This document shows positions 59,541 through 64,000 of a DNA stretch of 64,000 nucleotides, one piece after another. Source of the stretch: Sedimentisphaerales bacterium (lineage in GTDB: Bacteria > Planctomycetota > Phycisphaerae > Sedimentisphaerales > Anaerobacaceae); the NCBI GenBank assembly GCA_963708075.1, contig OY970194.1, positions 3,488,001 through 3,552,000 of the forward strand, written 5' to 3'. The notes under the pieces were generated by a model. The model ran no database searches and had not been told where the DNA came from. It saw only the letters and a program-made list of their open reading frames with translations. Numbering within the stretch: position 1 is the first letter of the stretch; every line of letters starts with the position of its first letter. A program made the translations under genes and the position numbers.

Positions 59541-62504
59541 CTAGTACGACGCCTCCGAGGCCCCCAACCCCACGTATCTTCGCAGGCCGATGGCCAGCTC
59601 GGGCACCCCCTCCGGCCACAGGCTGAAGATGATCCGCTCTTCGTCAAGAGAGTCATCCACGCTCACTGTAACAGCGAAGTTCATCCGGTGGTACTTACGA
59701 ATCAACGTCAAATCGCTTCGGATGTTCGCCTCATAGTCAAAATCATACTGCTCGGCCAAAACCAGCGTATAGCGGGGGTCCAGCACGTACGTTACGGCAA
59801 ACGTAGCGGCATTCGAGCCGTGCTGACCCAATCCGTTGTCGATATCCCGCAGGTAGCGGGTACCGATAAAATAGCTCAAATTCGGCCAGGCCAGGCGGGA
59901 GAAGCCCACGTCCACCTGCTCCACGGTCCCTTTTTGCGTGTCGAGATAGGCATCGCCCAGCACGGACACTGTTTCGCTGACTCGCCAGGTGGCAGCGGCA
60001 CTCGTGTAATTCCGCTGCGGCCCAAACAGATCCGTGGTTCGCCGGTCGAACGGCGGGAGGATGCCGCCCGACCGGTTGATAAGGGGAATAAACGGCTGGT
60101 TCCAGAGGAACCGGTCCGGCCCGGCAACGGCATCGCTCGAATCGCTCACCCATACGAAATCGACGTCCAGCTCGAACCAATTGACGACCCGACGGTTGCC
60201 CACGGGCCCCCGCTTCGTTTGCCACTTCTGCGAGATTCCCAGGTCCAGCGTATCCCGCTGGTCGGCGACCTCATCCGTCGCGGCATAAGTAACAGCCGTG
60301 AGACTCGGCCGAAGCGTATGGCGCAGTCCGTGCAGGTCCCATAATTCCGATTCCACCCCCGGATACACCCGCCAGAACGGCTGCGTGGACGCTCGCACAC
60401 CGGCCTCGCCGATCCCAACTGCGTCCTTGCTCTCGAACAACGGCTCGTCGAGCTCCTTCTGAAAGCCCGCCCCGTCGTCGTAGCCGAACGTGCCCGCGAC
60501 GAACGGCACAACCTTCGAACTGCCCAGCGACAGCGGCATGTCCACCTCGTTGCGGGTCTGTGCGAACGCAAAGAAATCGTCAGGCTCGCCCTCACGGTCT
60601 TCGCCGAAGCGGTATCGAAGCCGGCTCGCCTGGCTGTCGCTGAAGAACACGAAGCGATCATCGAAGAACGATTGACCCGTCCAGTGGTACTCGGCGCTCG
60701 GCATTTCCTCCATCTGATCCTGGAAATCGTTGAGGCGCACTTTGCCCAGGAAGGCAAGCGCACGGTTGTCCTCGATGCGCTTGGCGTGAAGAAGGGTCTC
60801 CTGTTCCTTGCCGGCGTAGAATTCCTGGCGATAGTACTGTTCGAGAAAGTTCTTGTCGGACAGATAACTGGCCTCGGCGGTCAACTGCCAATCATCGGGC
60901 AGGAACTGTCGGTGCTGCAAGGCGAACCGCCCCCGCAATTCGTCGGGGACTTCGACGCTCTTTCGCGTGCGGCCGAGGCGGTCCTCGCCATGATCGTTGA
61001 TCGCATAGCCCAGCACGCGTCCGAAGTAATTCTCCCGCTCATACTCGACGGCCGCCCCGCCCCCCGGCCCCCGCTTGTCATAGTAGTCCAGGAAAAGCGT
61101 GCTGTCGGTCCCCTCCGGCTCATGCAGACCAAGCATGCGGCCCAGAAACCACTGCGTCTCCACCGAGGCGCCGAACGTGCTGTCGCGACCCATGCGAATG
61201 CTCTTCATGGGCACCGCAGGACTCAGCAGATTGCTCCGCATCGACGGCAATCGCAGCAGGGTCGTGTCGTAGTACCTGAGCCGGACATTCTTCATATGGG
61301 CGCTGTAGTCGCTGTCGCGAGTCCCGCCCTCTGCGTCCACGTCCTGGATGGTATCGATGACGCTCACCTTCGAGGCCTTGGCCGAGATCTGCGGCGTCCA
61401 GAATTCGCTCGTGGTCAGGGAGATGTCGTCCGCCTCGAATCGATTCTCACCCAACTGCCGCAACTCCTTCGCACGGACATAGACTGGAATGTCGCGGCTG
61501 GGATCGAAAGTGCGCAGGACGGCGTTTCGCGCCAGGCCCCGTTTGTTCTGCAGGTCGTAGTACAACTCCGTCGCCCGGATCGTGCGCTGTCCCTGCCTCA
61601 ATAGCACGTCGCCTGCGACATAGACCTCGCTCACCCCTTCGAACTGTGCGGACGACGGACCTGCCGGCGACTGCTCTGTATCGGCAGCCCTGCGCCACAC
61701 GACAAGGGTATCCGCCTGTAATTCGACGGCTTCTGAGGGACTCGCTCCCTCGGCCTGCTCCTGCCATAAGACATACACCCTGCCGATCCAGGTGATGATC
61801 TGGGTGTCCCCGGCTTTGCTCCACTCGAAGACCGGCGGCGTGTCGCTCAAAGAGGAAACACTGACCGTGTAGTAGGTCGGCGTCTCGCCGCTCGCTCCTT
61901 CCTTGCTTGCCGTCGGGGCTGAGCGAGAAGAGGTTGCCGGTTCCGGGCTGGCCGGCACTTCCAGACCGGCCTTGCCGAATCCCGCCGTCGCTTCCGCATA
62001 GAGAGGCAGAGAATAGGGACTTCCCGTCCGCCTTGCATCCGCAGTCACGAAAACCTCGCCGGCCACGCTCGCTCTCAGGACAACGGTCTTGTCCTTCTCG
62101 ATTATAACTTCTTGTATTTCAGGGACTTGCGCGTCGCCGGCGTGTTTGTGGGAGACTTGTCCACTCAGGTAGATCTGTACGTCATACCTTGTGGCGGGGC
62201 CCGTCGGTGTGGGGATCCTGTTCGTCTTTACCCAGACTACCGCGTCGTCACTGCTCCACTGCCTGCCGGCCAGGGCCATGGAGAAACCGCCCCGGCAGAC
62301 AAGCAGTTGTCCGCCGGTATCGGGCTCGTGACTCAGGAGCTCGCCGACCGTCAGATGCAAATCCTGGCTCAGCCACTGCCGGCCAGTGGTCCGCGCATCC
62401 GTGCCGGACGACGGGGACAAGGCCCTCACGTCCTTGTCGCCGGCCCAGGCCACCATCTCAGGCACCAGGAGCAGCGTGCCTGCCATCAGCAACGCATATC
62501 GCAT
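59541..62504 (-). CDS. LPS-assembly protein LptD-like outer-membrane protein
   Basis: Signal peptide; GDVLLRQGQRTIRATELYYD OstA-like region; large beta barrel with LSDKNFLEQYY. Confidence 0.75.
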   Translation of the reverse strand: MRYALLMAGTLLLVPEMVAWAGDKDVRALSPSSGTDARTTGRQWLSQDLHLTVGELLSHEPDTGGQLLVCRGGFSMALAGRQWSSDDAVVWVKTNRIPTPTGPATRYDVQIYLSGQVSHKHAGDAQVPEIQEVIIEKDKTVVLRASVAGEVFVTADARRTGSPYSLPLYAEATAGFGKAGLEVPASPEPATSSRSAPTASKEGASGETPTYYTVSVSSLSDTPPVFEWSKAGDTQIITWIGRVYVLWQEQAEGASPSEAVELQADTLVVWRRAADTEQSPAGPSSAQFEGVSEVYVAGDVLLRQGQRTIRATELYYDLQNKRGLARNAVLRTFDPSRDIPVYVRAKELRQLGENRFEADDISLTTSEFWTPQISAKASKVSVIDTIQDVDAEGGTRDSDYSAHMKNVRLRYYDTTLLRLPSMRSNLLSPAVPMKSIRMGRDSTFGASVETQWFLGRMLGLHEPEGTDSTLFLDYYDKRGPGGGAAVEYERENYFGRVLGYAINDHGEDRLGRTRKSVEVPDELRGRFALQHRQFLPDDWQLTAEASYLSDKNFLEQYYRQEFYAGKEQETLLHAKRIEDNRALAFLGKVRLNDFQDQMEEMPSAEYHWTGQSFFDDRFVFFSDSQASRLRYRFGEDREGEPDDFFAFAQTRNEVDMPLSLGSSKVVPFVAGTFGYDDGAGFQKELDEPLFESKDAVGIGEAGVRASTQPFWRVYPGVESELWDLHGLRHTLRPSLTAVTYAATDEVADQRDTLDLGISQKWQTKRGPVGNRRVVNWFELDVDFVWVSDSSDAVAGPDRFLWNQPFIPLINRSGGILPPFDRRTTDLFGPQRNYTSAAATWRVSETVSVLGDAYLDTQKGTVEQVDVGFSRLAWPNLSYFIGTRYLRDIDNGLGQHGSNAATFAVTYVLDPRYTLVLAEQYDFDYEANIRSDLTLIRKYHRMNFAVTVSVDDSLDEERIIFSLWPEGVPELAIGLRRYVGLGASEASY

Positions 62505-62690
62505 ACCGCGGCTATCTCGTCATTGACAATTCGGGCCCTCCATCCGATCAACATCGCACGAGATTATAGTCGGCCCCGACCGCAAAGCCAGCAAAAACCC
62601 GCCGCCGCTCGATTCCCTGTTGATTTGTCCCGCCCATCTCGGTATAAATTACGTAGGCGAGGTTATGAATGATTGGCTGCAGGATGAACT

Positions 62691-62972
62691 ATGGCCCAAC
62701 GCGATTATTCCGATTACCAGCAGAATATCATCTCCAAGTACTATTCCCACCTGGACAGCCTCATGCTCCAGAAGCTGCAGGCTCTCGTGAGCGAGTTGTA
62801 TCTGGCGGACACCGATGCCAAGAAGGACCGGCTCTGGGAGCGGGTCCACAAGGCGATGGTGAACCTGAAGATCCCCTCGCCGATCATGGAGCACATCATG
62901 AGCACGAAAGATGTCCAGATCCTCGCAAAAAACCTGCAGGACTGGCTTAAGCACGCGGGGAGGCAATCGTGA
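62691..62972 (+). CDS. Conserved-looking hypothetical protein (93 aa)
   Basis: YSDYQQNIISKYY...KLQALVSELYLA...LWERVHKAM; AGGA RBS; TTGATT-N17-TATAAA upstream. Confidence 0.75.
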   Translation: MAQRDYSDYQQNIISKYYSHLDSLMLQKLQALVSELYLADTDAKKDRLWERVHKAMVNLKIPSPIMEHIMSTKDVQILAKNLQDWLKHAGRQS

Positions 62973-64000
62973 CCACGACGGAGAAGAATATGACACAGGA
63001 ATATCCGCCTTCGGCGAAGATCTACCCGACTGACAACCTTGGCAAGTTCAGCATCCTCGACATGCTCAAGTACTTCGAGGAGCACGGGGCCATGCGGGTC
63101 TCCGACCTGCACATCAAGGTAAACGCGCCGCCCACGTATCGCATCGACGGGGACCTCGTCAAGCTGAAGGGCCCGAACGTCACGCCGGAGATTGCCAAGC
63201 AGTTGATCCTCCCTCTGCTCAAAGAGCACGGCCTGCAGAAGCTCCAAACCAACCATAGCGTCGATGGCTCCTACCGGATGGGCTCGCTGCAGTTCCGGAT
63301 CAACGTGTTCCGCGACAATGACGGGCTGGCGGCAGCGATCCGGGCCTTGTCCCTCGATGTCCCGGACGTGGAGAAAATCGGCTTTCCCAACGACGTCTGG
63401 AAGGACATCATCGGCCGCAAGCAGGGGCTCGTCCTGCTGACCGGCATTACCGGCGCGGGCAAGTCCACCACTATCGCCTCGATCATCGGGCGGGTCAGTG
63501 AGAAGACCGCCTGTAGAATCATCACGGTCGAGGACCCCATCGAGTACATCCTCCCGCAGAAATACTCCATCGTCTCCCAGCGGGAGGTCGGGCGAGACGT
63601 GAAAACATTCCACGATGGCCTCAAGGAGATGATGCGGGAAGACCCCGACATCATCTTCGTGGGCGAGATGCGCGATGCCGAGACGATCGCGATGACGCTC
63701 ATGGCCGCCGAGACGGGACACCTGGTCTTCTCCACCCTGCACACGCGGGACGTGACCGGGTCCGTGACGCGCATTCTGGACTACTTTCCGGAGGGCCGGC
63801 AGTCGGAAGTGAGAAACCAGCTCTCCCTGGGACTGGCCTACGTGATCTGCCAGAAGCTCGTCCCGCGAAAAGACGGGACCGGCCGGATCGTCGCCATGGA
63901 AATCCTGAACAACAACTACGCCTGCGCCAACCTGATCCGCACCGGCAAGGTCGAGCAGCTCTACTCCCAATTGCAGACCAAGACGCGGGACAAGCCCGAC
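62969..64000 (+). CDS. pilT: PilT/PilU-family type IV pilus ATPase (runs off the window)
   Basis: Manual translation: SDLHIKV...GLVLLTGITGAGKSTT...ITVEDPIEY...REDPDIIFVGEMRD...AAETGHLVFSTLHT; start GTG 62969 or ATG 62990. Confidence 0.92.
   Translation, partial: MTTTEKNMTQEYPPSAKIYPTDNLGKFSILDMLKYFEEHGAMRVSDLHIKVNAPPTYRIDGDLVKLKGPNVTPEIAKQLILPLLKEHGLQKLQTNHSVDGSYRMGSLQFRINVFRDNDGLAAAIRALSLDVPDVEKIGFPNDVWKDIIGRKQGLVLLTGITGAGKSTTIASIIGRVSEKTACRIITVEDPIEYILPQKYSIVSQREVGRDVKTFHDGLKEMMREDPDIIFVGEMRDAETIAMTLMAAETGHLVFSTLHTRDVTGSVTRILDYFPEGRQSEVRNQLSLGLAYVICQKLVPRKDGTGRIVAMEILNNNYACANLIRTGKVEQLYSQLQTKTRDKPD

Overview
GC-rich bacterial chromosome segment. The gene repertoire (ECF sigma/Ser-Thr kinase pairs, dockerin-like+LamG secreted proteins, a TIGR02999-type sigma) suggests Planctomycetota, probably Phycisphaerae; this is inference. 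1-12 kb: phosphate transport (pit + DUF47 with a 4x11-bp Pho-box-like array), HNH-AP2 nuclease, acyltransferase, chimeric 14-repeat beta-propeller, Rh-type ammonium channel, GH13 alpha-glucosidase, tRNA-Leu(CAA). 12-40 kb is an accessory region. It holds two complete and one truncated ECF-sigma/kinase/secreted-LamG cassettes, an IS630 remnant, an intact IS1182 inserted in a palindrome, an unclassified IS-like element with a highly structured ~330-nt leader, an SF1 helicase-PLD fusion and a PEP-CTERM-like protein. 40-64 kb is core genome: clpX, L,D-transpeptidase, 5-FCL, rarA, three beta-barrels, polyprenyl synthase, ilvE, lolCDE, lysS, ctpA-like, fba, lptD-like, pilT. Strongest observations: (1) each complete sigma cassette carries its own bipartite promoter motif, once before the kinase and once before the divergent secreted gene; (2) four independent +1 frameshifts fall at GAGAACC (GAGACC with the A duplicated), consistent with a methylation-linked sequencing error at BsaI/Eco31I-type sites; (3) the structured-leader element; (4) several dispersed non-coding modules (150-bp promoter/leader, 101-bp and 174-bp MITE-like elements). 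Many frameshifts here are probably read errors, not real pseudogenes. All identities were counted by eye.
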